Shown here piece after piece: positions 25,740-40,764 of a stretch of DNA of 64,000 bases. The DNA is from the human T2T-CHM13v2.0 reference genome, Homo sapiens, in the NCBI RefSeq assembly GCF_009914755.1, contig NC_060928.1, one strand, 5' to 3'. Position 1 is the first letter of the stretch. Every line of letters begins with the position of its first letter. The position numbers and the translations under genes are program-made. A model generated the notes under the pieces. The model saw only the letters and a list, made by a program, of their open reading frames with translations, had not been told where the DNA came from and made no database searches.

Positions 25740-26290
25740 AGACGTATCTCCAACCCAAATCAATCTTCCGATCTTTAGGTCCATTGTGTCACTGACAATG
25801 AAATATCTCCTTTAAAGTTCTATAAGCATCTCAATCTAATCAGCTTAAAAATAAAATTAATTTTTTCTTAATGCTTTAGTCCTTACATTTATTCCTTGCT
25901 CTTTTCCCTATGCCAATGAATGACATCACCATCCACTTATTTACTTAAATATCTGGAGATTATTCTTTACTCCTTGTTCTTTGAGCCACACAGTCAATTA
26001 GTCACTAAATATGCCATTTCTATCCTTACATAGCCCTAAAGCTTGTTTGCTTATTTCCATCATTAGTTACTACTTCCATCACATACCTTGCCTGACTTGT
26101 TAGGGAGGTTTCCTCGATGTATTTCTGGACTATAGGCTTTATCTCATTAAGTCAGTCTTCACTTTGAATGATCTATACACCTAAAAGTAGAAATTTAATC
26201 ACACTATATTCCCTTATGTAAATCAATTCAATAAGCTCCCATTAACCTAAAGTCAAAACTAGTCTTCCATGATCTGATTACTGCTTACTT
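25740..26290 (+). mobile_element. L2 fragment
   Basis: AAGCATCTCAATCTAA...AATGACATCACCATCCACTTA...CAATTAGTCACTAA...CTTCCATGATCTG. Confidence 0.7.
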
Positions 26291-26659
26291 TAAAAAATCT
26301 TAAAAGAAAACTGTATTTTATAATTCTCACTATGTGAGTCTAGTACACTGTCACAAACACTGATGAAAATGTATTAATGATTACAGAATTTCAGAAACAA
26401 TTCCTTAGAATAGATATTTTCTGAATATAAATATTAATATTGCTAATTAGAATCCAAAACCACTCTTGGAGAAATAAAGAATATCATGAGTTTGTAATCA
26501 TTTTTTTTGCCTTAAAAAATGGTATCCTAGGGAATTCAAGCTTTATGAGCACATGGTGTTTATATCAGATCCATGTTTGGCTCTCTGAGTTACAGGGTCA
26601 GAAATACACATATATAAAAGTTTTAAAAAGAGAAGACAACTGAAATAGAACTGTTCTTG

Positions 26660-26890
26660 GGAAAGTGTATACAGGTTGCCTGAATTTGACTTTGCTGTGC
26701 CGCTTACGATATATATGACCCTGTGCAATTTACTTCTCTCTCTCTCTCTGTGTGTGTGTGTGTATTAGTTTATTCATCTAAAAAATGGGAATAATAAGAA
26801 CATCTACTTCACATGATTGGTAGAAAATTAAATTAGTTAATATATGGAAAGCATTTAGAACACTAAATAGCAAGTAGAAATTGCGTGATG
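26660..26890 (+). mobile_element. MIR with an internal (CT)n(GT)n microsatellite
   Basis: TGACCCTGTGCAATTTACTT...AGTTTATTCATCT.AAAAATGGGAATAATAA...AAAGCATTTAGAACA. Confidence 0.8.
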
Positions 26891-26984
26891 TGTACATATA
26901 TATTAAACTATGTGTACATATATATAAATGCCTTAAATAAATGTCTACATATATAAACATTATAACTACATAATAAACACAGCC

Positions 26985-27850
26985 AATTCTCATTATTCGT
27001 CTTAGTCAACTTGTCAGAGGAATTTGACATGACTGTTCTCTATTTGTTGAAACATTTTATTTACTTGGCTTTCAAGGCACTATCTTCACTTGCTTTTTCT
27101 CCTATTTCTCAGACTTCTCTTTCCTAGTTTTTATTGCTCATCTTTTTCACTTCTGTATTAGTTCATTTTCATGTTGCTATGAAGAGATGCCAGAGACTGG
27201 GTAATTTATAAAGGAAAGAGGTTCACTTGACTCACAGTTCTGCATGGCTGGAGAGGCCTCAGGAAACTTACAATCATGGCAGAAGGGGAAGCAAACAAGT
27301 TCTTCTTCACATGGTGGTAGGAGAGAGAAGTGCAGAACAAAGCAGGAGACAAGCCCCTTATGAAACTATCAGATCTCATGAGAACTCATTCATTACCATG
27401 AGAATAACATAGCAGCATGAGGGAACAGCCCCCAGGATCTAACCACCTTCCATGAGGTCCCTCCCCCAGCTCATGGGGATTACAATTCGAATTACAATTC
27501 AAGATGCGATTTGGGTGGGGACACAGAGCCAGACCATATCAACTTCTAAGCTTGGAAGGCCCTACAGCTCAATCCTTAATCAACTTCTGCTTTCCATGTC
27601 TATTACTCTATCTGTGATCTAATTCAATCTTTTACTTTAAAGGCTATGTGAATATGTCTGACTCAAATTTATATCAATAGTCTGAACAAGTCCCTGAATT
27701 TCTGGTGTGCACCTATAGATTTGTATAGTTAAGTATCTACTCATCATTTTACTAATGGAAGAAAACTAAATCATTATGTGTCCCAAAGTGAGTTCCTCCT
27801 ATTTTACCATTCCAAATCTGCTACTTCTACAGTCTGATTTGATCACAGGT
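26985..27850 (+). mobile_element. L2 fragment interrupted by a THE1 LTR
   Basis: ATTTGACA...TTGAAACATTTTATTTACTTGGCTTTCAAGGCACTA...[LTR]...TGTCCCAAAGTGAGTTCCT. Confidence 0.7.
27154..27541 (-). mobile_element. THE1D-like MaLR solo LTR
   Basis: TGTATTAGTTCATTTTCA...GAGACTGGGTAATTTATAAAGGAAAGAGG...GGGTGGGGACACAGAGCCAGACCATATCA; perfect 5-bp TSD ACTTC (27149-27153 / 27542-27546). Confidence 0.96.
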
Positions 27851-28144
27851 CACAAAACTCTTGAGAACTAAAGACCACTGATAAAATTGTATCACTTTAA
27901 ATTTTGTATGCTAGATATATTTATTAATATATGTATAATATATTCTGAATATTCTATATACATGTGAAGAAATTATCCATCCCTTATTTGTGCTTCTATT
28001 GTTGCATGTGCTAATAATTGTTGAAAATCCTGAAAAGAAAATGCCAAAACTATGTGGCATTATTTTGTACCTGCAATGTAGATTAAAAATAAACTATATT
28101 TAATCAAGAAGTTACAGGTACATCATGGTCAACAAAGACAATGA

Positions 28145-28285
<141 letters not shown>

Positions 28286-28489
28286 TGAACAGCTGATGTT
28301 TTATATTGCACTTGCTTTTAGGCAATGCTCACTGCATTCTTTCTCTCTCTCTTACTCTGTCTCGTTCTCTCTCACTCTATGATTTATAATTTTTGCTAGG
28401 CCCACATAGTTGAATTTCTTAAATGAAATATGATTATAACTATACTATAAAGTAAATGATAACTTCCTAAAATTCATACATGAAAATAT

Positions 28490-28529
28490 CCCCAGCTCGT
28501 GGGGATTACTATTCGAATTACAATTCAAG
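28490..28529 (+). repeat. 40-bp copy of THE1 segment 27464-27503
   Basis: CCCCAGCTCGTGGGGATTACTATTCGAATTACAATTCAAG vs CCCCAGCTCATGGGGATTACAATTCGAATTACAATTCAAG (38/40). Confidence 0.93.
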
Positions 28530-29018
28530 GGGATTCACAGCAAAGGGATTTACATATAATTATCAGTAATCTATTGCTGTATACATTTCCTTCAGTTAAA
28601 ATTATTTCCACTTCCTAGGCTTTATTTTACTGTCATCATCACTATGTTTATTGCTGAAATAAATACTTTGTCTAATATAAGGCACAGAAACATTAATAAA
28701 TTATAGAGATATCAAGTTGTTAAATCTAACTTAAAATACTTACAGTATCTTGTATTTCCTAGGTCTAAAGATATATGTTCAGTTTTTACAAAACAGAAAA
28801 ATAAGTAGGTTCCCCCAAAATATGAAGACAGTACATGTAGGATTAGAGAGGTGCCTTGGTATAATGAAAACAACTGTGAGAAAAGCGAATATTGTTTCCT
28901 CTCCACAGAAGGCCTATTTGCAATTTAATAAAACTTTATATTCAGACTTGTTCAGAAAATTATTCTTCAAACATTGATGAGGAAATATCTGATCCAAAAT
29001 GTCAGTAATCTATGGGCT

Positions 29019-29062
29019 TTTGAGATTGAAAATGTAATGGTTTGAGATTGAAAATGTAATGG
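29019..29062 (+). repeat. Perfect 22-bp tandem duplication
   Basis: TTTGAGATTGAAAATGTAATGG x2. Confidence 0.95.
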
Positions 29063-30057
29063 GCTTATAAGATACCAATCAGTGGTCTGTTGAACATTCA
29101 CGTAGAATGGGTCAAATAACAAAGCAACATAGCCTAAAAGTGTTCTCAAATGTGCATGCAACTTCACTGTGTAAGTCCTAGACTTACAAGGACTAGATAC
29201 AATTTCAATTAGAAGTAGACGTCATTTTGCATGCTGATGAGTGTATGTGAATGAATGATCTTTTAGGTTGAATTTTTAAGGTATAAGAAACAACAGAAAT
29301 ACATAAAAGTTTAATGATACTGAAATTATTTTCTAATTATATTTTCTCCTCCATTCAATTGACTTTACACTAAAATATCTTTGCATCCAATATTTACTAT
29401 TTTTTTATAATTTAGACCACCCTGATTTTCTTAATGTTTCTGTAATAGTTGTTTATAATGATAGAAATCAATTTTTATAATTTTTATATGAATTGGAGTT
29501 ACAAACCAGTGAGAGGCAGAAAAAAAAAAGTGTGTTATTCTAAAACATTCTCTGTTAGTGGAATAACATTGTCTGTTAGACTTTGTAGTTTGAAAACAAG
29601 GCTTCTAGCACAGATTTTGCCATTCGTTGTACAATTAAAGGAAGCTTTCTAATTATTTGCATATATTATTTCTGCAAGTAAAGAACATACATCAATAACT
29701 TTCTTGGACTAGATTTTAGGGCTTCCATAGAAATGAATATTTCTAAAATTGTGAGCAATTATTGTTTATAAACTATTACATTCTTAAATGCTGAAAGCAG
29801 TTGCAGAAGGGAATTCTTATTGAGCCAAGTTATATAAATTGTGGGCTGTCAATGAAGAAGTTCTTAAGCATTTTTTTTTTCTGAGACAACAGTAGTTGCT
29901 AATGTAAGGTGAAATAAAGAAGGAAGAAGACATTTTATGCCTCCCTTAAGCATAGAGTGGAAATGCTACATTTTATTTGGAAAAATCATAAATTGATCAC
30001 TTGTCATGAAATATTTCATGCTTTGCAAGCTAATATACATGAAATGCTATATTTTCT

Positions 30058-31783
<1,726 letters not shown>

Positions 31784-32046
31784 TAAATCCAAGGTTTGCA
31801 GCATAACATTAAAAATAACAGGGAATATATTTAAGCCCTTTTGTTAGCAAATGCCATTTTCTTCTACTACCAACAAATAAGATCTCCTGCCTTTCTTTCC
31901 CAGGTTTTTCTTCCTCCAGTTTGTAGGACCAATCTTTACCTTAAGGCAAGCCATTTTTAAACAATCAGCTCTATGGGGTTATGTTTAAGAATATGAACTT
32001 GGGAAATACCATCTATATATGTCATAGTGCCTTTTCACTATCATTT

Positions 32047-32460
32047 GTATTAGTCAATTTTGCCACACTAACAAATGATATTCAAATCTCAGGGATTTGC
32101 ATTAAGAAACATTAATTTCCTACCTGAAGGTAGGCTGTGAGTCAGCTAATGGCTGTTTATCTGCTTGCTCCAGGTGTTTTTTTTTATTCTTGCACCCTGA
32201 AAACAGAGACCTATATATAGATCATACTCTTGTCATGGGTACATCTTAAAGCTGCGCTGCATATTAATGCTTCTACTCAGACATGTTGTACCTCATGTCT
32301 GTTCACAAACCATTGGCCAAGATGTCACATGGCCAAGCTGAAACTCAAGTGAGGCTGGTATGTGTTCCCTTCTCACAGGAGGTATGGCAAATCACATGGC
32401 AAAAGGGAAAGGGAGTTAATCTTCTATAGGAGAGAGAGGGAATAATTATAAACAAAAATA
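32047..32460 (-). mobile_element. MLT1I/J-like MaLR LTR
   Basis: TGTATTAGTCA...CAAATCTCAG.GATTT...CCATTGGCCAAG..GTCACATGGCCAAGC...GCAAATCACATGGCAAAAGG. Confidence 0.7.
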
Positions 32461-33404
32461 TAGTTTTGCTGCCATCTTTTATCACGTTAGATCAGCTTAT
32501 TTTCCTGGATTAATTCCTGTCTCTTACAACACTCTCTGTAAACCATTTGAAATTCACTCAATGGAAACACTTCTAGTTCATGGATTAAATGTCTTTTCCT
32601 GCTTCATCTTAGAGGGACATTTTCCAGTTTCTGTTTTTTATCCAGCTTGCAGCAGAAAAAAAAGTTTCCATAGAGTAGATATTTTTCTCCCTCCATTCCT
32701 ATTATCTCGAGACACGTCCAGATCTCTGATTGCCTATTTCTTATATAATAAAACTTTTCCTCAAATGAGGAAGGAGGAAATAATACTTAAATTATGAGCC
32801 ATATGTACAAAAAGGTTGTAGGGATTTTAACTTTGATTATGACAGAGCTAGGAGAACTTTGCATTGAAAGGTCACAAAGTTTATTCATGATACAACTAAG
32901 TTGTGCAGATAAGCTATAGCTACAGTGCTCTCTATCATATATGTACTCTTCTTCACAAGCCCCTACTGACTTCTGATAAACAAGAATAAATAATTTTAGT
33001 CTTACCAATTTTAAATCAATATGGTATAACAGTAGAAATAGTCCCTTTTAGGTAATATTTAGTTTCACTTAGGAAAAATACTCAGCCTATCATCATCTTT
33101 AGCATCCTTCCCTGTCTGATATTTTCACTGTTTCTCTCCAAAACTTGGGCCACATTTTGAGGGGCAATTCCTTAGAGAATCTTTTCCACATGTGTAGGAG
33201 TGGCAGTGCACAAAATATAGAAACATTGTTACAGTAGAACAAAAAGCATTAAATAATAAGTTACCTGACAAATGGATAAATACATTGTTTGCATATCCAT
33301 ATAGATGTATACTCTGTAAGAGAGAAAATAGAGCATAGCTGCATTTATCCATGAGGCTGAGTTGCAAAAACACCATGGGAAATGAAAAATAAAAGTAATG
33401 GGTG

Positions 33405-34935
33405 AGATTCTGGGAAGATGACAGTGGCAGAAGCCCAATTTTTCAGTCTCTCCAACCCCCCATAGTAAAAATAGACAGGGAAATACACACAACAGGAAAA
33501 AAATTGAAAAGAGAGTCAAGACAGTGACGAATATTGAAGACAGGCAAAGAGCCAAAAACTAATGTAAGAGGAGAACTGAATAATAATAAAAAACTATAAC
33601 TCAAGAAAATTCTGGAAATAAAATTAAATAATATCTACATTTTTAAAGAGTAGACAAGGCACCTGTAAATATTGAGTTAGGAAGGTCAATGCCAAGAGAA
33701 AATATTTTTCTTGGTTTCAAAGTAAAAACAAAATCCTTTCTATATATATAATAATATTAGATTATTATCAAAATTTTACAGCAGTACTTTATGCAGGATG
33801 AAAATTGAGTGACGTACTTTAAATAGTTAAGGAAATAAAGTGTGAAACAAGCAATTATTAAAATCAGAAACACTGACTGTTATGTATAAAGGCCATTGAA
33901 ATTGTTATTAACATTCAAGACTCAGTTAATACTATTCCACTAGCTGTCCTTCAGTAATCTACCAAAGAAAGAGGTTGAAAATAAATATGACTAGAGAGAC
34001 ACTGACAAAAGGATAAATGTTGAACATTAATTATTTCATTCCTTGTAAAACTAAGGCTAAATGAGGACTAAGAGGGAAAAAATATATACGGTGGTTGTAT
34101 TTTACAATTATGAATATACAGCTCAATTTTTTGAATGCAAGAAGAATAGAAAGAAAGTATGCAAATAAACCTTTTAAAATGTTTTTGGTAAGCACTGAGG
34201 GTAGAATTAGTATTCGTTTTTGGAATAAAACATATGAGTGGGTGATTCCAATGTTATGCATCCTGTCCTTCTTAAGCACCAGGAATCTTGATGTGGAATA
34301 AAGGAGATACAGATATAATAGAGAAAGTGGTCAATCAGAAGCTCTATAATCTTTAATTTGAATTAGAAATAATATATTCTTGTAAGGTACTTTATAAAAC
34401 ATGTGTATAATCTCTAGCTCTGGCCACAGAAGAAGTCTAGGAAAAATAAGAACCTCAGAAGAATAAGCAACACTAGCATGTAGAGTGTGATCTTGAAATA
34501 CCTTTTTTTTTTGTTTGTTTGTTTGTTTTTTTCAGCTAAAATAAGTTCTCGGGGAAATGGCTGAGCCTGGCACACCTTGTCATTCTCCACGTTGAGAAGA
34601 CTGTTGAAAAATAGTAAGGTCATGCCAAAAGAAATCAGGAATACACATGAAGATTTCTGTCCAACAAGGGGACAATTTGTGTTTCAATTTAAGTAACTGT
34701 AATAGATTAAAATACATCAAATATGTTTAACTTCATGGGTCCATATGGTATTGAAAATAGTCATCTTTCTGAGAAGGATAATAGAAAATCAATTTTTTTA
34801 TCTGAAAATTGATAACTAAAGGTAAACAAATTTATACTTTTGATATATAAAAGTCATGTGGAATACACGATATAATCTAGATTTTAGATAAATTTAACTA
34901 TGATTGAGTTTTGACTACAAGAATAAGATATACAC
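33405..34935 (+). mobile_element. HAL1 / ancient L1M-related element, fragmented
   Basis: 5' end TTCTGGGAAGATGACAGTGGCAG...TTTTTCAGTCTCTCCAACCCCCATAGTAAAAATAGACAG; ORF1-like AAGGAAATAAAGTGTGAAACAAG...TATAAAGGC; 3' GGAAATGGCTGA. Confidence 0.6.
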
Positions 34936-34947
34936 ATATATTGATAG

Positions 34948-35395
34948 TGTAGGCTGTTGATTGTGTGCCAGTGTTCCAGGCCTAACCTCTAGGATCTGTG
35001 ATTATGACCTTATTAGGGAAAAGGGTCTCTGCAGATTCAGTTAGGTTAAAAATGTTGAGATTTTGGATTATTAGTGGGCCCTAAATCTAATGATAAAGGT
35101 CTTTGTAACAGACAGAAAAGGAGAAGACACCAACAGAGAAGAGAAGAGCATGTGAAAACAGAGGCAGACAATGGAATTATTCAGCCACAAGCCAAGGAAC
35201 ATCTGGACCCACCAGAAACTAGAAGAAAAAAAAGACGATTCTCATCAGAGTCTTCACAGACAGTGCAGCCCTGCCAATACCAACACTTTGATTTCAGATA
35301 TTTGGCCTCCAAAATTGTGAGAGAAAAAGTTTCTACTTTTGTAACCCACCTAGTTTGTGGCTATTTGTTACAGCAGCCACGGGAAACTAAATACA
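34948..35395 (+). mobile_element. MLT1C-like MaLR LTR
   Basis: TGACCTTATT.GG.AAAAGGGTCTCTGCAGAT...GTGGGCCCTAAATC...GCCACAAGCCAAGGAA...TTGTTACAGCAGCCACGGGAAACTAAATACA. Confidence 0.9.
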
Positions 35396-37355
35396 AGCGT
35401 CATATACTGACTTTTAAGCAGAAGACTAACTTCTGGATCTCTTGAATGTAGGATGTAATAATAAATGTCAGCAGGTTTTAAAAATATAAATGTAACTCCG
35501 TATACCTGCTGATTTTTACGCCTTGAACAGTGTTTAAGTTTTGGTTTTTCCTATGAATTACATTATATATTATAAAATATTTCGTATTGTAATGCCTGAA
35601 ATTATATAGAGAATCTACAACATGGGGTTGCATTCTTTCTTCTAGCACCAGTGATGGAATGAATCTGCTAATTTAGAAATTGGGTATAATAACTATTTTA
35701 CTCCATATCTAGTGTTTTACCTTTTCTACAGTTCAACTAAGAAAAAGACTGCTTTTTTAGTATGCAATGAGGTTTTTGGCTTATCTAAGAAAATATAGCA
35801 GTAAAAAAGTCACAGCAATTTTCTTTATGGGCCACATGTTACCGGTAAAATGAAATCATCCTAGCATATGGCTTTTAGAGTAGAAACACACAAGCAAACA
35901 AAAATTCTAAATGTCAGAGCAACTTCATTTTAGCATACACATATTTCCAAAATGTACAGAGAACAATAATAAAAATAAAGTTCAGAACATAAATCCAATT
36001 AAGAAATGTACATTTCCAATTGAGAAAAAATCAAGAGCAGACAGTTTTGCAAGATTTCTCAATCAGATTTTTCAATTATGGGAAAGCTATTCCTCTAGAT
36101 TTTAACACAGGTAGATTAAATCTTTTCACCATAGTCACAGGAAGTTTCAATGTATGTACTAGCGGTACATTCAGTAACTGTGTGGGAGGATGAAAAAGAA
36201 AATAAGATGTAGTGCTACTTTTGGCATGGATAAATAATGTGTTTTTATTTTCCAGTATATCATGCTGCTTTCTGATTTTATACACATTTGAATCAAGTTA
36301 ATATTTTGGTTTTTCTTCTTACCAATTTAATGTATACTATAGTCTTTATTTGAATATGGCTGATTTTTCCCCAAATTCTTATAAATGTGTTTATAAAACC
36401 AATTTAAGCATATGTAATACAAAAGGAAAGGCCCAATAAGACAATGTAATGCACAATTACTCTCACTGAAAGGGAACTCTGAAGATGTGGTAAAGGAAAT
36501 AAGCCTGGAAAAGAAATGGGTATATGGATTACTTTGGAGGAGTTTTTTATTTGCTTTGCTTTATTTTCCCCCACTAAGATAATCAGAATTTTTAAAACAC
36601 TATTTTCCTATTCAAAAATAAAAGAAAATAACTAACATGTCAGCATCATTTTAGGCCTCAAGTCATTGGCCCACAATGAAGAAATACAGTAGCATTACTC
36701 CAGGAAAATAATTTTGATTGAAAGAAATGATCAACAGAGTGTGGACCTAGCAGTTTATAGCCCTTAAGACAGAAAAAAAATGCATATACTGTTTTATTAA
36801 TGACTGTATTTTGTTTAAAGGGACTATCTACAAGGTGAGGACTTTCTAATGAAGTATTGCCTTTTTTCTTCTGCATGTGCCATTTATATATTTTCTTTAT
36901 CACTCTTTATGACCTTACAAAGAACTAAGGATTTTCCTTGTTCTGTTTTATGTAACTGACAGTTTCTGAAAAGCTTCGAGGATTGGGTATAGTTCAGTGA
37001 AGATTATAACCCTACTGTAGAAACAGTGTAGGGGCATACGCTTCGTAAAATTTAATGGAATGAAAAGCACCCCACAAATAAGTATTTTTGTTGGCTTGTT
37101 CAATAAGGGTTAACAAGATGGTTAGTTTTTATTTACCTTCTGAAACAAATATTTCTTCTCTCCAGTTTTCTTGTATTTCTTTTTCATTTCCAATATTCAT
37201 AACTTCTTTAGAGAATTAACAAGGAACTAAACATTTGCTTATTCCTGCTATAAAGATGAGGCTGCCTGAACAGGGAGTCTGTTGAACAACTGGAGAAATA
37301 TGAGGTATTATGAAATGATGGCATCCTAAGTGGTGAAGTTATTATAAGAACCAGT

Positions 37356-38113
37356 TGAAAAAGTGTGCATCATCACTGGCCATTAGAGAAATGCAAATCA
37401 AAACCACAATGAGATACCATCTCACACCAGTTAGAATAGCAATCATTAAAAAGTCAGGAAACAACAGGTGCTGGAGAGGATGTGGAGAAATAGGAACACT
37501 TTTACACTGTTGGTGGGACTTCAACCATTATGGAAGACAGTGTGCCGATTCCTTAAGGATCTAGAGCTAGAAATACCATTTGACCTAGCCATCCCATTAC
37601 TGGGTATATATCCAAAGGATTATAAATCATGCTTCTATAAAGACACATGCACACGTATGTTTATTGTGGCACTATTCACAATAGCAAAGACTTGGAAGGA
37701 ACCCAAATGTCCATCAATGATAGGCTGGATTAAGAAACTGTGGCACATATACACCATGGAATACTATGCAGCCATAAAAAAGGATGAGTTCATGTCTTTT
37801 GTAGGGACATGGATGAAGCTGGAAACCATCATTCTCAGCAAACTATTGCAAGGATGAAAAACCAAACACCATATATTCTCACTCATAGGTGGGAATTGAA
37901 CAATGAGAACACATGGACACAGGAAGGGGAACATCACACACCGGGGCCTGTCATGTGGAGGCGGGAGGGATAGCATTAGGAGATATACCTAATGTAAATG
38001 ATGAGTTAATGGGTGCAGCACACCAACATGGCTCATGTATACATATGTAACAAACCTGCCCGTTGTGCACATGTATCCTAGAACTTAAAGTACAATTTTA
38101 GAAAAAGAAAAAA
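37356..38113 (+). mobile_element. L1PA4/5-like 5'-truncated L1 (about 760 bp)
   Basis: ORF2 C-terminus ([18 protein letters not shown]...; LETIILSKL) plus 3'UTR ending CCTAGAACTTAAAGTAC and an A-tract. Confidence 0.96.
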
Positions 38114-38514
38114 CAGTACTAATAAATGTTGTCATGCATTTCACTGCTGAATTGATAAAACTAAGTAGGATAGGCATAACAAACAAAAGAATCTAATGGC
38201 AAAAAAAAAAAAGAACCAATAGAAGTACCATAGTAAGAGAGAATCAAGATTTGCATGAGAAGAGAGTCAGTGATAGAAATTCAGAAAGAGTTAATCTGGA
38301 TTCATTTACCAGACTTAATAGGCACAATTAATAATTCATTCCTATGTCTTTGGCATAGTCTACTCGCTCCAGTTTTATAATAGAACTTTCTTTAGCATTT
38401 TCACTTAATCTATTCTGGGAATGTTTTGGGAACACATTTGAGCAGTGAGGATTAAAAACAACACCACTACCCTATAGACATAAAACATGTATTAGTTAAA
38501 CTACTACTTTATAT

Positions 38515-38567
38515 CAGGAGTCCAGAAAACTAAAGCTTATAACCAAATCCATCCCACAGCCTGTTTT
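38515..38567 (+). mobile_element. MER58A-like hAT stub
   Basis: CAGGAGTC..AAAACT...CCAAATCCATCCCACAGCCTGTTTTT. Confidence 0.45.
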
Positions 38568-38569
38568 TC

Positions 38570-40338
38570 TTCTTTATTGTGGTAAAATACACATAAAATT
38601 TAGTATCTTAACCATTACTAATTGTCCATTGTAGTAGCATTAAGTCATTCACATTGTTATATAATCATCATCACAATCTATCTCCAGGACTCTTTTTGTT
38701 GTAAAACTGAAAGTTTGTGCCTATTAAACAATAATGTCCCATTCTTCCCTCCCCCAGCCCTTAGAAATCACCATTCTAGTTTCTGTCTCTCTGAACTTGA
38801 TTACCCTAGATACTTTATACAAGTTGAATTATACAATATGTATTTTCTGTGAGTAGCTTATTTCACTTAACCTGGCATACTTAAGGTTCATTTATGTTGC
38901 AGCATGCATCAGAATTCCTTCCCTTTTTAAGATTTAATAATATTCTATTGTATGTATGTTCCACATTATCCATTCATCTGTCAATGGACACTTGGGTTGC
39001 CTTCACATTTTAGGTGTTACAAATGACTCTGCTATGAATATGAATGTACAAACATCTATTTGAGTCCCTGCTTTACACTATTGATGGTACAAGCCCAGAA
39101 ACAAAATGACTAGATCATATGGTATCCCATTTTTAATATTTTTGAGGACATGCCATACTATTTCACATCATAGCTGCGCCATTTTACATTTCTACCAACA
39201 ATGTACAAGTGTTCCATTTTCTCAGCATCTTCAAAAGCGTTTGTGATTTTCTGGAATTAAAAAAAAAAGCCATACTAGTGATGAAGTGGAATTTCATTGT
39301 TGTTTTCATTTGCATCACCTTAATGATTAGTGATGTTGAGCAGCTTTTCATATGTTTATTGGCCATTTGTGTATCTTTCTTAGAGAAATGTGTATTTGAG
39401 CCCCACATCCATTTTTTAATTTAGTTATTGATTTTGTTGTAGCTGTTATTGCTGAGTTGTAAAAGTTCTTTATATATTTGATATATTAACCTCTCTTCAG
39501 ATGTATAATTTGCAAATATTTTATTTTACTTTGTGCATTGCATTTTAATCCTGTTGATTGCACCCTTTTTCTCTGTAGAAGTTTTACTTCTGATGGGTCA
39601 ATTTACCTATCTTTTTTTGTTGTTGTTGCTTGTGATTTTGGTGCTATGTCCAATAAATCATTACCAAATCTAATGTCGTGAAGTTTTCTCCTATGATTTT
39701 TTTCTAAGAGTTTTTTTTTGTTGGTTTTTGCTTTTACATTTAGGTCTTGAATCTATTTTGAGTTAATTTTTTGCATATAAGTATAAAGTGAAGGTTTGGC
39801 GTCATTCTTTTCATATGGATACTCAATTTCCCCAACACTATTTGTTAAAAAGACTGTCCTTTCCTCATTAAATAATCTTGACACTGTTGTTGAAAATCAG
39901 GTGACTAGATAAGTGAGATAAATGAGGGTTATTTCTCAGCTCTCCATTTTATTCCTTTCATATATATACTTTTTTTAATTTAATTTTTTTTTTTTTTTTT
40001 GGAGATGGCGTCTCACTCTATCACCCAGGCTGCAGTGGCACAATCTTGGCTCACTGCAACCTCTGCCTCCCAGGTTCAAGCAATTCTCCTGCCTCTCCCC
40101 ATACTGGTGCACCTCACCACCCCTGGCTAATTTTTCTATTTTTAATAGAAGCATGGTTTCACCATGTTGGCCAGGCTGGTTATGAAATACTGACCTCAAG
40201 TTATCTGCCCACCTCAGCCTCCCGAAGTGCTGGAATTACAGGCACTGGTCTATATGTTTTTGCCAGGACCATAATACTTTAATTACTGTAGTTTCGAAAT
40301 AAATTTGAAATCAGGACGTATGAAGACCACAGCTTTGT
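38570..40338 (-). mobile_element. L1MB (MB1-3-like) 3' part, interrupted by an Alu
   Basis: TTATTGTGGTAAAATACACATAAAATTT...CCATTCATCTGTCAATGGACACTTGGGTTGC...TTTGAAATCAGGA; minus ORF 39184-39408 resembles L1 ORF2 ([21 protein letters not shown]). Confidence 0.9.
39970..40245 (-). mobile_element. AluS (Sx/Sz-like) with small internal deletions and a missing 5' end
   Basis: T-tail, CTTGGCTCACTGCAACCTCTGCCTCCCAGGTTCAAGCAATTCTCC...TTTCACCATGTTGGCCAGGCTGG...TGACCTCAAG. Confidence 0.92.
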
Positions 40339-40349
40339 TGATAATAATA

Positions 40350-40700
40350 AAAAGGGAGGGGGCAAAAAATATTTGAGGAAATATTGAGAAAACAATTGCC
40401 ATTTTAAAAAAAATTGATGAAAACAATATACTTATATATCCAAAAAGCGCTTCAACAAGAGCTCTGAAGAAACCACCAAAGCACATCAAAATTGAATTAC
40501 TCAAAACTAGTAATAAAGAGGAAATATGAAAAACAAATATAGGAAAACTGTAACAAATATAAAGTTGATAGCATATTTCTCAGAAGAAACAATGAAAGCA
40601 AGAAGACAGTAGAACAAAATATTTAAAGTGTGAAAGAAATAACTGACAATTCAGTGTTCTATAACCAATAAAAATGTTTAAAATGAATGATTTTTCTCCA
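40350..40700 (+). mobile_element. Ancient L1M ORF1 fragment, probably the 5' part of the element resuming at 43880
   Basis: AAAAATATTTGAGGAAATA...CCAAAGCACATCA.AATT.AATTACT.AAAAC...TTCTCAGAAGAAACAATGAAAGC.AGAAGACAGT. Confidence 0.7.
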
Positions 40701-40764
40701 GCAAAGAGCACTACAAAAAGAAAAAGATTATACCAATCAGATGTGTCCATCTAGCCAAAAAGAA

